A program made the position numbers and the translations under genes. Of a stretch of DNA of 56,141 nt, positions 1 to 8,944 are shown piece after piece. The notes beneath the pieces were generated by a model. The model did not search any database and had not been told where the DNA came from. It was given only the letters and a program-made list of their open reading frames with translations. The DNA is from Thermoplasmata archaeon (GTDB lineage Archaea; Thermoplasmatota; Poseidoniia; Poseidoniales; Thalassarchaeaceae), in the NCBI GenBank assembly GCA_002727675.1, contig PBXQ01000057.1:1-56141 (forward strand), given 5' to 3'. Within the stretch, counting starts at the first letter, position 1. Every line of letters starts with the position of its first letter.

Positions 1-108
1 ATCTTGTAATTCTGGGGAAGCCGTCTTCAATGAAGAAATACATAGATCGAACTTTGAATCCGACGAATCGCACTTTCCGAATTTTTCTTCGAATTCTTCT
101 GTGCTCAT
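1..108 (-). CDS. Hypothetical protein, N-terminal fragment running off the left edge (MSTEEFEEKFGKCDSSDSKF...)
   Basis: Hand translation: ATG at 108, frame open to base 1, same strand as the upstream genes. Confidence 0.45.
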   Translation of the reverse strand, partial: MSTEEFEEKFGKCDSSDSKFDLCISSLKTASPELQD

Positions 109-137
109 TTTCAACTGCCTCAGAAAACGCCTGCTCC

Positions 138-239
138 TCACTCTGATAAATCTGTATTCACAAAGCCGTCTGTATGATAATCGCAAGGAGGCCCCTTGTG
201 TTCAAAATGAGCGCATGGGTAGTCACTGCGAATGCCCAT
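138..239 (-). CDS. Possible 33-aa small protein (MGIRSDYPCAHFEHKGPPCDYHTDGFVNTDLSE)
   Basis: Hand translation; fills the gap between two minus-strand genes; Cys/His-rich; below the ORF-track cutoff. Confidence 0.25.
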   Translation of the reverse strand: MGIRSDYPCAHFEHKGPPCDYHTDGFVNTDLSE

Positions 240-282
240 TCAACAACGAAGAAGCCCTTTGGTTCCCCATTGAAATTCGCAA

Positions 283-603
283 CTAATCGTCGTAGGTAAC
301 GTAAACAATCGCAGCGTTTGGTTGTCGTGTACCTTCTTCAGGTTCTCTTCTCAAAACAAGCACTTTGACCCCCTCAGGTATAGTCACTTGTTCTTGGGTT
401 CTTCCTGAAAGCAAGACCTTACCTGAGTCATTCCATAGGCTGCATACACTGTGATAATTTGACTTCTTTCCTCTACCTGAAACTTCCTTTTCCATTATTT
501 CAGCCCAAGCAGCATTTACAGCGAACATGTCTACAGGGTTTCCAAACTCTCCACTAGCCATTCTTCTATTCATTTCTTCAACATAATTTTGCATTTTCCT
601 CAC
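283..603 (-). CDS. Hypothetical protein (106 aa)
   Basis: ORF track; 4-nt overlap with the stop of the HTH gene suggests translational coupling. Confidence 0.7.
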   Translation of the reverse strand: MRKMQNYVEEMNRRMASGEFGNPVDMFAVNAAWAEIMEKEVSGRGKKSNYHSVCSLWNDSGKVLLSGRTQEQVTIPEGVKVLVLRREPEEGTRQPNAAIVYVTYDD

Positions 604-848
604 TCCTTCGTCAATTGTTCGAGTAACATGGCTAGAGCAAACCCTCCTGCAGCACCAGCCAATCCGCCTAGTATCGCAGCCGCGAAGACATCGTCAGGCC
701 CAGATTTCATCGACTGATCCTTCAATTTCTTCAATTGATAAGCGATTACCTGCTGAGACGTTTCTAGTTTCTCAGCGATTTCTTTTTGCGACCAACCAAT
801 TGCTCTGAGTTTTAGCAATTCAGATATTTGTTGGGGGGTTAAAGCCAT
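600..848 (-). CDS. Small helix-turn-helix DNA-binding protein with a C-terminal hydrophobic Gly/Ala-rich segment
   Basis: GWSQKEIAEKLETSQQVIAYQLKKLK is an HTH pattern; tail VFAAAILGGLAGAAGGFALAMLL; start moved to ATG 848, which follows GAGTGAG (ORF track starts at 875). Confidence 0.8.
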   Translation of the reverse strand: MALTPQQISELLKLRAIGWSQKEIAEKLETSQQVIAYQLKKLKDQSMKSGPDDVFAAAILGGLAGAAGGFALAMLLEQLTKE

Positions 849-867
849 CTCACTCAAGTCTACGATA

Positions 868-919
868 TGGTACAATACTATAATAATTTGTATAATACAA
901 AAAAGAGTTGTAAATTACA
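868..919. promoter_or_regulatory. Array of three palindromic operator-like sites upstream of the HTH gene
   Basis: TTGTAT-A-ATACAA (888-900, perfect), TGTAA-A-TTACA (909-919, perfect), TGGTAC-A-ATACTA (868-880, imperfect); centres at 874, 894 and 914. Confidence 0.55.
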
Positions 920-993
920 GGTTTACCATTGAGCAATCACTGTATTTATTGGTTATCGCACTGGTTCAAGTAGTACGACTCAGAGGGTACCCA

Positions 994-1497
994 TTAGTTC
1001 GCTTTTTCATAAGATGCAAAAGCCATGTCAAATTGATTCTTTTCATCAGCTCTCAGAGTTTCTCTACTGATCTCTTCCCAATCATCCCAGTTAATGTAAG
1101 GGAACCAAGTATCTCCTCCGCCAACTTTAGCTTTGACATGTGTGACAAGTAAACGCTCACAACGAGATAACATTGTTGCATAAATAGCACCACCACCTAT
1201 TACCCAAGCCCATCCCTCTGCACCGGCTTCAATAGCAGAAACCTCCAATGCTTCTTCAATGCTATTTACGATTTCAACATCAGGGACATACCAATCCATA
1301 TCTCTAGTAAGAACTACATTTAGTCGCCCAGGTAAGGGTCTGCCAATAGCCTCGTAGGTTTTTCTACCCATAATTATGGGGCATCCAATTGTTGAACGTT
1401 TGAAATGTGCTAAATCAGCAGGTAAATGCCAAGGCATTACTCCATCACGGCCGATTACACCATCTTCGTCCATTGCTACAATCATTCCTAATTTCAT
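994..1497 (-). CDS. folA: Dihydrofolate reductase (bacterial type)
   Basis: IVAMDEDGVIG, MPWHLPADLAHFK, IIMGRKTY, RPLPGRLNVVLT and VIGGGAIY motifs; directly downstream of thyA. Confidence 0.97.
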   Translation of the reverse strand: MKLGMIVAMDEDGVIGRDGVMPWHLPADLAHFKRSTIGCPIIMGRKTYEAIGRPLPGRLNVVLTRDMDWYVPDVEIVNSIEEALEVSAIEAGAEGWAWVIGGGAIYATMLSRCERLLVTHVKAKVGGGDTWFPYINWDDWEEISRETLRADEKNQFDMAFASYEKAN

Positions 1498-1506
1498 TTC
1501 TACACC

Positions 1507-2301
1507 TCATACACTGATTGGAGCCGCGATATGCGGGTGATGATTATATCCGATGATTTCAATATCTTCGTAAGAGAAATCATCTATTTCCTTGCATTCA
1601 GGGTTTAACTTTAGTATTGGTAATTCGAGAGGAGTTCTACCAACTTGTTCTCTAGCTTGATCAAGGTGATTCAAATATAGATGCGCATCGCCAATTGTGT
1701 GAACGAAATCACCTGGTTTAAGGCCACATACTTGAGCCATCATGCAAGTGAGCAAACTATACGATGAGATGTTAAATGGGACACCTAGAAAAACGTCAGC
1801 AGATCTTTGGTAGAGTTGGCAAGAAAGCTCCCCATTGGCAACGTAAAACTGGAAGAAAGCATGGCATGGCATTAACGCCATATCATCTAATTCACCTACA
1901 TTCCATGCAGACACAATTATTCTTCTGGAACTGGGGTTGTCTTGGATTTGTTTAATGGCATTTTTTACTTGGTCAATGACGCGCCCATCCTTTGTTTCCC
2001 ATGCCCTCCATTGTTTGCCATATACAGGCCCTAAGTCTCCATTTTCGTCTGCCCATTCATTCCATATTCGGACCTTATGGTCAGTAAGATAACGTGTATT
2101 TGTATCTCCTGAAAGAAACCATAGTAATTCGTGTATGATACTAGGCCAATGAACGCGCTTAGTTGTGATGGCTGGAAAACCTCTTCTGAGGTCATATTTT
2201 GCTTGATGGCCAAACACAGAAAGAGTTCCAGTGCCGGTTCTGTCATCCTTTTCTATACCCTCTTGGAGTATAGTTTTGAGGAGGTGGATATACTGGTCCA
2301 T
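1507..2301 (-). CDS. thyA: Thymidylate synthase ThyA (E. coli-like)
   Basis: [26 protein letters not shown], catalytic [28 protein letters not shown]. Confidence 0.98.
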   Translation of the reverse strand: MDQYIHLLKTILQEGIEKDDRTGTGTLSVFGHQAKYDLRRGFPAITTKRVHWPSIIHELLWFLSGDTNTRYLTDHKVRIWNEWADENGDLGPVYGKQWRAWETKDGRVIDQVKNAIKQIQDNPSSRRIIVSAWNVGELDDMALMPCHAFFQFYVANGELSCQLYQRSADVFLGVPFNISSYSLLTCMMAQVCGLKPGDFVHTIGDAHLYLNHLDQAREQVGRTPLELPILKLNPECKEIDDFSYEDIEIIGYNHHPHIAAPISV

Positions 2302-2371
2302 GCTGACGCCGAAATGGTGGGGGGATTAGACGTTCTATGAATGAATCGCTTGTATCTTAATTTTGGTTCCT

Positions 2372-3151
2372 TCATGGTGCCCCTAATGCAGAAATTGTTG
2401 CAATAGTTTGATTGGTAAATTTACGGTATAACTCCTTTTTCTTTTCATGCAGTTTATCATCAGAAAGATTAGCCATTTTTTTAACTTTAGAGTCTGTAAG
2501 GTTGCCGCCATTTTTGTGAGATGCCCATTGGTTCCAAGTGATAGTACTGCTGAATCTCAATTCGGTACGCTTCCAAGTTTTAGGTAAAAATGGCTCACCA
2601 GGTGCTAATATCTCTCTTGCCCCATTGATTCCACAAAATACTACAGGTACATCGGGGAAAGCAGCAGCGATGCGAGCGATTCCAGTTTTACCTCTTGCAA
2701 GGTAGGGTGGTGACGTGTTTCTAGATCTGGTGCCTTCAGGGAATATGCCTAGTGGCATGCCCGCAGCTAGAACATCAGCAGCTCGTGCAACAGCATCATC
2801 TCCACCTGATTCGCGATTTGTCTCTACTTGTCCTGTGGCAAGCATTAGTTGCTTCCACCCTATTTTGGTGAAGTGTTCATCCTTTGCTAAAAAAAACAAT
2901 TTTCTTCTTGATCCGAAAATTGCTAGGACTGGGTCAAGATGTGACAAATGATTAGCTGCTACAATTACAGGGCCTCTTTTAGGTATATTTTCAGCACCAA
3001 AAATCTTCAATCTTGTAATTAAATTTAGCAATGGTATTGCAAAATGCAACAAAATGGTGTATAAAGGAGTTGATGGGATTGAGCGATTAGCCTTGTCAAC
3101 ATGCATTAATTCTGCTAACTGTGCTTGTCCTTTGTCTGACAAACCACTCAT
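2372..3151 (-). CDS. plsC: 1-acyl-sn-glycerol-3-phosphate acyltransferase family (PlsC/LPLAT)
   Basis: Block I NHLSHLD (HX4D), FFLAK, IFPEGTRS, GIARIA. Confidence 0.9.
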   Translation of the reverse strand: MSGLSDKGQAQLAELMHVDKANRSIPSTPLYTILLHFAIPLLNLITRLKIFGAENIPKRGPVIVAANHLSHLDPVLAIFGSRRKLFFLAKDEHFTKIGWKQLMLATGQVETNRESGGDDAVARAADVLAAGMPLGIFPEGTRSRNTSPPYLARGKTGIARIAAAFPDVPVVFCGINGAREILAPGEPFLPKTWKRTELRFSSTITWNQWASHKNGGNLTDSKVKKMANLSDDKLHEKKKELYRKFTNQTIATISALGAP

Positions 3152-3240
3152 GTGCCTTCGGAGGGGACGTTTGTTTTCATGGTTATTGAATAGTATCGCC
3201 CAACCACTCTATTCATGTCCTCTATGCTAGTGGGCGATTC

Positions 3241-4428
3241 ATGAGGGGGGTTGTTAGAGGTATAGATATGAAAAAACGCTTAATTTCTTTACTTTTTATT
3301 TTTCTATTGTTTACTCCTCTTATGTCGCCAGTTGCAGCAGAGTGGGAAGAGGATTCTTGGTTGATTAATATCATTGGCCCAGAGCGTTTGGCAATGGGTG
3401 ATGAATTTGGTTGCCATGGAATGCCAGAAAGCTCCTTATTATCAAATGTTGATGTGATTAGCCAATGTAGGGAGTACCTTACTGACAGAATACATGCTTC
3501 TGAATGGGGTTCTGAGCCGCTATCATTTGGATTGCCAGAGGGTGAGATTAGTTCGGAATTGCAAGAGGGATTACAAAATTCAGGATTCTATATTACCGAT
3601 TCTAATGGTGCAGTAAAAAATGAAAATGCATCTTTGATAAATTATAATGGTGGTTCATTAGAGAAGAATATCGGTTCAAAGTCTAATTTTCTTAATCTTG
3701 TTGATAGTGGCACTCCACTAATAAATTTCCATTGGATGGCTAGAGATCATGATGCTATTGTTAGGCCAGAAACAGATTTAATTAATTCTATAGAATCAAC
3801 TACCGCATGGTTTACTACGTGGGGTGAATACTATTCTTATCAGAATTCTATTAACAATTTTTCAGTATCTGATAATGGGACAGGTGAATGGGTTGTAGAG
3901 CATCAATTGTTTGAATCAAATTATTGGTTAGTTCCAACTACATCAGTTTTCAATAATCTCAACGCAACTGTAGTTAAGGTGAGTTATGATTTGGAGAATT
4001 TGTCCGAATTAACTTCTATTGAAGGCCATTTACAAGAAGGTTGGAGACAAAGCCATAATTCTCTATTTTTAACCTTGATGCCTGGCAAAAAAGTGACGAT
4101 ATATTTTGATAAATATGATTTTGTAAATTTCAATCAAACACCTTCCTCACAATTTAATGGCCACGAATTGGCAATTACCGTTGCAGGCCACCATACTAAT
4201 GATTTGTTTGATTGGTCAAGGCGATGGGATGAATCTCCTATGCGTTTTACTTGGTTAATTGAACCAAGGATGGTAGGTGGTTTTAGTTGGTTATTACCAG
4301 CAATTGCTGTTCTAGTAGCATTAATTGCTCCAGTGGCGATTATATCATTAGTTCGTAAAGACAAGCGAGCACAATATGTTGTAGAGGTTTTTGATTCATT
4401 AGAATCAATTAAATTTGGAGAAGAATAA
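3241..4428 (+). CDS. Secreted, C-terminally membrane-anchored hypothetical protein; possible remote polysaccharide-deacetylase-like region
   Basis: Signal-peptide-like MKKRLISLLFIFLLF (start probably 3268); C-terminal TM followed by RKDKR; EFGCH, LINFH and AWFTTWGEYY resemble parts of CE4/NodB barrels. Confidence 0.7.
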   Translation: MRGVVRGIDMKKRLISLLFIFLLFTPLMSPVAAEWEEDSWLINIIGPERLAMGDEFGCHGMPESSLLSNVDVISQCREYLTDRIHASEWGSEPLSFGLPEGEISSELQEGLQNSGFYITDSNGAVKNENASLINYNGGSLEKNIGSKSNFLNLVDSGTPLINFHWMARDHDAIVRPETDLINSIESTTAWFTTWGEYYSYQNSINNFSVSDNGTGEWVVEHQLFESNYWLVPTTSVFNNLNATVVKVSYDLENLSELTSIEGHLQEGWRQSHNSLFLTLMPGKKVTIYFDKYDFVNFNQTPSSQFNGHELAITVAGHHTNDLFDWSRRWDESPMRFTWLIEPRMVGGFSWLLPAIAVLVALIAPVAIISLVRKDKRAQYVVEVFDSLESIKFGEE

Positions 4429-5502
4429 TTATTCTGAGCGAGTAATTATGGATCCATATTTCCTCAGTCTTTTGATTATTTCATCTAAATCTGAAAAATA
4501 TTCATCCGGAGATTTAATTCCTGAAATTTTATCATTCAATATTGCTTCACATCCAACGATAAATGGGATTCCAGTAGCTACAGCCATAGATGGCCATAAT
4601 CTATTAGATTCCAAATCAATACCTGGTATGTCGAAAGTCCAAATTATATCACGTCCATCATTTGTCACAATTGAAATATCCATGTAGGTAAATTCAATCT
4701 TATCAGGTTGATATTTCCAAGAATCAACTAATTCTTTTTCATTGATTTCTCCTTTATTTCTCAATTCAATAAATTTGTCGATGTGGCCCGGCCAACGTAC
4801 AGTATATTCTGAAAGGGATAGCGCAGTTATTTTTGGGTTATCTAATAGTGATCGCAGTCCATCTGTTAGGAATGCTTCCATCTTACCATGATTTCCCGCA
4901 TTGAATATATGTCTGTCCGATATTGCTGGAATAACTATTTCATCTCCTTCTTTTCTAATTCTAGCAGGTCTAGTGTATTCTTCAATGACATCTGTTGGAG
5001 AAAAAGGGGCACAATAACTCCAAGAATCATCAGTAGATATAGGGTTGCCACCAACACGAATTTTTACTGATTTAAATGGTTTTGATTGATTTTGTTCCGA
5101 TGCTACGACCATGTTTGAAACACCAGGGGCAATCCCACAATCATGCAACATAATAGCTCCTGTAGAATTTGCTTGATCTGAATAATTTTCCGGTGAAATA
5201 TCTGAGAATGCTAAATCACAAATTTTCAACCCCATAGTGATTAATTTTCCTCTAATTGAATCTCCTATTCTACCGGGTAATAGATTTAGGATTAAATCAT
5301 ATTTTTCTAAATTATTATTATCCAAGTATTCAAAAGCATCTTTTTCGATAATTTCAAATTGTAAATTATCTCTAACTATGTCAAGTAGAGGTATTTCATG
5401 ATGATTGAGAGCGATTGCTTTTACTTCATGTCCTTGCTTCGCTAACTCATTGCAAATGTAAGTGCCGACTAAGCCTGCTCCAAATGCAAATATTCTGGCC
5501 AT
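4429..5502 (-). CDS. Saccharopine dehydrogenase / lysine 6-dehydrogenase family oxidoreductase
   Basis: Rossmann motif GAGLVG; DCGIAPGVSN, YCAPFSPTDVIEEYTRPARI, EAFLTDGLRSL, EYTVRWPGH. Confidence 0.87.
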   Translation of the reverse strand: MARIFAFGAGLVGTYICNELAKQGHEVKAIALNHHEIPLLDIVRDNLQFEIIEKDAFEYLDNNNLEKYDLILNLLPGRIGDSIRGKLITMGLKICDLAFSDISPENYSDQANSTGAIMLHDCGIAPGVSNMVVASEQNQSKPFKSVKIRVGGNPISTDDSWSYCAPFSPTDVIEEYTRPARIRKEGDEIVIPAISDRHIFNAGNHGKMEAFLTDGLRSLLDNPKITALSLSEYTVRWPGHIDKFIELRNKGEINEKELVDSWKYQPDKIEFTYMDISIVTNDGRDIIWTFDIPGIDLESNRLWPSMAVATGIPFIVGCEAILNDKISGIKSPDEYFSDLDEIIKRLRKYGSIITRSE

Positions 5503-5613
5503 AGCCCTAGGAGGGGTGGGGGGTTTATTGGAGTTTCAACAATCAACGCCTTAAGGTATTTACAGCCGTAGCATTCATGCATCGTATGCATCCGAGGTGT
5601 AATCGGGGAGCAT

Positions 5614-6999
5614 ATGGTTGACGATGTTTCGATAGACCCTTGGTCATCTAACCAATCTACTGATTATGCTAGGATTATTGAACAATTTGGTTTAGAATCA
5701 GTAGATTACTCGCTTTTACCAAATCCTCATATGTTACATCGTAGGGGTATTGTTTTCGCCCATCGTGACCTTAATTTGGTATTGGATGCACATTATTCGG
5801 GAAAACCATTTGGAGTATTGACTGGATTAATGCCGTCTGGTAGGATGCATCTCGGACATAAAATGGTCATTGATCAAGTAAAATGGTTCCAAGAACAGGG
5901 GGCTGATGTTACAATTGCAGTCGCTGATTTAGAGGCTCACGCTACTCGTGGACTTTCATTAGAGGATTGTAGAAGGGTTGCAATTGAGGAATATGTTGCT
6001 AATTATGCCGCATTAGGTTTAGATGTAGATAATACAAATATATATTTTCAATCTACAAGACCTGTTGTTCAAAGACTGGGTTTTACCTTAGGTAAAAGAA
6101 CGAATTTATCTGAATTTGAAGCCATTTATGGTTTTGAAGGGGGCACAAATTTGGCCCATGTACAGGCACCTTTAGTTCAAGCAGGAGATATTTTACACCC
6201 TCAGTTAGATGAATATGGTGGTTTGAGGCCAATTGTTGTGCCCGTAGGGGTTGACCAAGACCCCCACCTTAGACTTACACGCGGATTAGCTGCCAAGACC
6301 AATTGGTTCAATGTAAGCCAACGTAAATCAGGTGGCCTAGTAATTGGTTTGTCTGTTCAAGATGAAAATTCATTGGCATTAGGGATTGGTAAAGATGGAA
6401 GGGTAGACAGAGTTGCAAGGCAGTCAGTATTTGATAAATTGTCGAATATATTGGATAAATTAGGATTTAGTGACTATCGGGCCAATCCAAAACATGGTTC
6501 CATTGAGATCCCTGGTGCAACATCAAGGGACCGAGATTTAATCCGACCTAAGTTGCTTAAACTTGAGAGATCACTAGGTGGTTTAGGTTTGCTTCAACCA
6601 TCTAGCACATATCATCAATTTGCAATCGGTATGACTGGGGATAAAATGTCAAGTAGTAGGCCAGAAACTACAATTTTCCTGACTGAAGATATATCTTTAA
6701 TGGAGAAGAAGGTAAAGTCCTCTTTTTCAGGCGGGCAGCCAACTTTGGAAGAGCATAGGAGATTAGGTGGTAACCCTGATGTTGATGTTGCATTTCAATA
6801 CCTCAAATATTTCTTTGAAACAGACGACAATGCTCTTTCTGAAATTGAATCAGGTTATAGAAGTGGGGAAATACTTACTGGGCAAATGAAGCAAATTTGC
6901 ATTGAAAAAGCAACAGAATATTTGAGTGAACTAAATGAAATGAGGGATCAAACATCACATATTGTATCGGATTTCCTTGCAGCGGACTCTAAATCATGA
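5614..6999 (+). CDS. trpS: Tryptophanyl-tRNA synthetase (archaeal type, with internal insertion)
   Basis: TGLMPSGRMHLGH (HIGH), PVGVDQDPHLRLTR, KMSSSRP (KMSKS). Confidence 0.97.
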   Translation: MVDDVSIDPWSSNQSTDYARIIEQFGLESVDYSLLPNPHMLHRRGIVFAHRDLNLVLDAHYSGKPFGVLTGLMPSGRMHLGHKMVIDQVKWFQEQGADVTIAVADLEAHATRGLSLEDCRRVAIEEYVANYAALGLDVDNTNIYFQSTRPVVQRLGFTLGKRTNLSEFEAIYGFEGGTNLAHVQAPLVQAGDILHPQLDEYGGLRPIVVPVGVDQDPHLRLTRGLAAKTNWFNVSQRKSGGLVIGLSVQDENSLALGIGKDGRVDRVARQSVFDKLSNILDKLGFSDYRANPKHGSIEIPGATSRDRDLIRPKLLKLERSLGGLGLLQPSSTYHQFAIGMTGDKMSSSRPETTIFLTEDISLMEKKVKSSFSGGQPTLEEHRRLGGNPDVDVAFQYLKYFFETDDNALSEIESGYRSGEILTGQMKQICIEKATEYLSELNEMRDQTSHIVSDFLAADSKS

Positions 7000-7002
7000 T
7001 GA

Positions 7003-7632
7003 TTATTCATCTGTGTTTTCATCATTATTCATTATCAATGATTTTGGTCCTGTGTCTAATTCTTCTATTTCTTCTTTGGTCAAATCTCTTTTTATTGCAT
7101 CATCATGACCAATTATGCTGTGGCCAACAGGATCAAGAATTTCTAGAGATAGTTCTCCAAAAATTTCACCCTTAATCAAAGCAACTAGGGCTAATTCAAT
7201 TTGTAATAAAAGATGTAATTCTTCAGTTGCTTTTTCGTCATTTGCTAATTTAGAATCTGATGCTGATTGGCGCATCATCATTCTAATGATGTCCAAAAAT
7301 CGGTTAATTACACCTTCAACATTTGATACATAGCCAGTAGATTGATTTCCTGGTGAAATTTCTAAATCTAATTCAGGTATCCGAATTGTTCCTGATGAAC
7401 CTCTAACAACACGAGCATTTAGGTGCTCATATTTTTCTATAGAAAGGCTGAATGAAACGGCTCCCCTGTCTTCTGAAGGGATAAAATCAGTTTGTCTCAT
7501 TCCACAATTTTCACAACTAATTGTAATTTGTGTATGCTCGCCAAAATATGGTATCTCAGAAGAATGAGCTAACATTTTGAGGCAACCTTCTTTGTTGCAA
7601 GTAGGGCAAGGGAATTCAACGTCACTTTCCAT
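7003..7632 (-). CDS. ZPR1-related zinc-finger protein
   Basis: CPTC...EIPYFGE...CENCG, ARVVRGSSGTIRIPELDLEISPG, GYVSNVEGVI, LEILDPVGHS. Confidence 0.92.
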   Translation of the reverse strand: MESDVEFPCPTCNKEGCLKMLAHSSEIPYFGEHTQITISCENCGMRQTDFIPSEDRGAVSFSLSIEKYEHLNARVVRGSSGTIRIPELDLEISPGNQSTGYVSNVEGVINRFLDIIRMMMRQSASDSKLANDEKATEELHLLLQIELALVALIKGEIFGELSLEILDPVGHSIIGHDDAIKRDLTKEEIEELDTGPKSLIMNNDENTDE

Positions 7633-7641
7633 TATCAGGCC

Positions 7642-8106
7642 TCACGAATGCCCCTCATGCGCCTCTTTTTCTAGGCCAGCAACTCCCGATGCATTAGGGG
7701 GTAGAATCAAAACTCTCTCATCGCCTAATTGAACTAATGATCCCCCTAAATCTCCTACAATAAAATTAGTAATCTTTTCGATAGCAGTTTCAAATTCAAA
7801 TCCACGATCAATTATTTTACCTAGTTCTACAATGGCAATTTGTCCATCAGCAGCCCAATTTAGTATCTCTTCTAATCCTGTGACATCGTGTAGTACAGCT
7901 CTTCTAATGACAATCTCGTTTGACGATTTTGGTACTGGTGCATCGGGGTATAGGTTACCTAAATCATGGTATAATTGCCCTGGTTCAGGGCGTGGCATTT
8001 CACCATCGTGTATGCTTGGAATATCTATCCATCTTGGTCCATCATCTTCGTTTGGGTCCATTCTAACATTAGTGCGGCGGTATTGACCCCCCATAACCAA
8101 TTGCAT
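7642..8106 (-). CDS. sepF: Cell division protein SepF (archaeal); true start may be ATG 8061
   Basis: C-terminal GQIAIVEL...AIEKI...LGGSLVQLGDERVLILPP fits the SepF core; adjacent to ZPR1 as in other archaea. Confidence 0.75.
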   Translation of the reverse strand: MQLVMGGQYRRTNVRMDPNEDDGPRWIDIPSIHDGEMPRPEPGQLYHDLGNLYPDAPVPKSSNEIVIRRAVLHDVTGLEEILNWAADGQIAIVELGKIIDRGFEFETAIEKITNFIVGDLGGSLVQLGDERVLILPPNASGVAGLEKEAHEGHS

Positions 8107-8255
8107 TCAATGATGTTTATTCTTGTCATTATTCAACCATTACTAATTTACCATTTCGTCGGGTTCATAAGGGGTTGGCTATTCGTGCTAAATAGCCGGG
8201 GCGGTTCTTCTGCGTCGTGCGAATGTTCAAAGACGGTGGACTCGGGGGTAGTTGT

Positions 8256-8882
8256 ATGGATGCAGAGATGAAGGCTATGAAGACTGGAACAAGTACTGTT
8301 GGAATTTGTTTTGATGGGGGCGTTGTAGTTGGCGCAGACCATCGTGCAACAATGGGTCATTTCGTAGCAAATAAGAACGTACAGAAATTATTTTCAATCG
8401 CTAATAATATTGCTTTGACTACAGCAGGTTTAGTCGGTCATGCGCAGGTACTTTCACGTGTTTTAGCTGCTGAAATTGCTATTTTTGAGATGAAAAGAGG
8501 TGGCAGAATGAAGGTTGAAGCGGCTGCTACTCTAACTGCTAATATTCTTGGTGGGCGTCCATATTGGGTTCAATTGCTAATTGCTGGTGTAGATGACGAT
8601 GGAAGCCATGTCTATTCTATTGATTCAGCCGGTGGTTCAATTGCAGATACCTATTGTGCAACAGGGTCAGGTTCTCCTTACATGTATGGTGTTTTAGAAG
8701 ATCAGTTTTCAGAGGGCATGACTGAAAAACAAGCATTGCAAGTTGCAGCAAAGGCTCTACTTGCATCTGCTCAGCGTGATGCTGCTTCAGGAAACGGCAT
8801 GGATTTGTGCGTGATTACAAAAGAGGATGATTTCAGATTACTTTCTGAAGCAGAACTTCAAAAATTGCTTTCATCCATTTGA
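8256..8882 (+). CDS. psmB: Proteasome beta subunit
   Basis: Short propeptide ending MKTG, then Thr1 TSTVG; ADHRAT, AGLVGHAQ, ATGSGSPYMYGVLE, QRDAASGNG; start taken at ATG 8256. Confidence 0.96.
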   Translation: MDAEMKAMKTGTSTVGICFDGGVVVGADHRATMGHFVANKNVQKLFSIANNIALTTAGLVGHAQVLSRVLAAEIAIFEMKRGGRMKVEAAATLTANILGGRPYWVQLLIAGVDDDGSHVYSIDSAGGSIADTYCATGSGSPYMYGVLEDQFSEGMTEKQALQVAAKALLASAQRDAASGNGMDLCVITKEDDFRLLSEAELQKLLSSI

Positions 8883-8944
8883 GATATTATTCCCGGCAGT
8901 TACTGCCTTTTGCCTCTTGCTGAGGTTTGTTTTGCTGGGGATGA

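Noticed and set aside
6300-6600. TrpRS insertion as an intein
   Set aside because: No Cys/Ser N-terminal splice residue paired with a His-Asn C-terminal junction is evident
8256-8882. Proteasome beta N-terminus TSTVG instead of TTTVG
   Set aside because: Catalytic Thr1 is retained; minor variation
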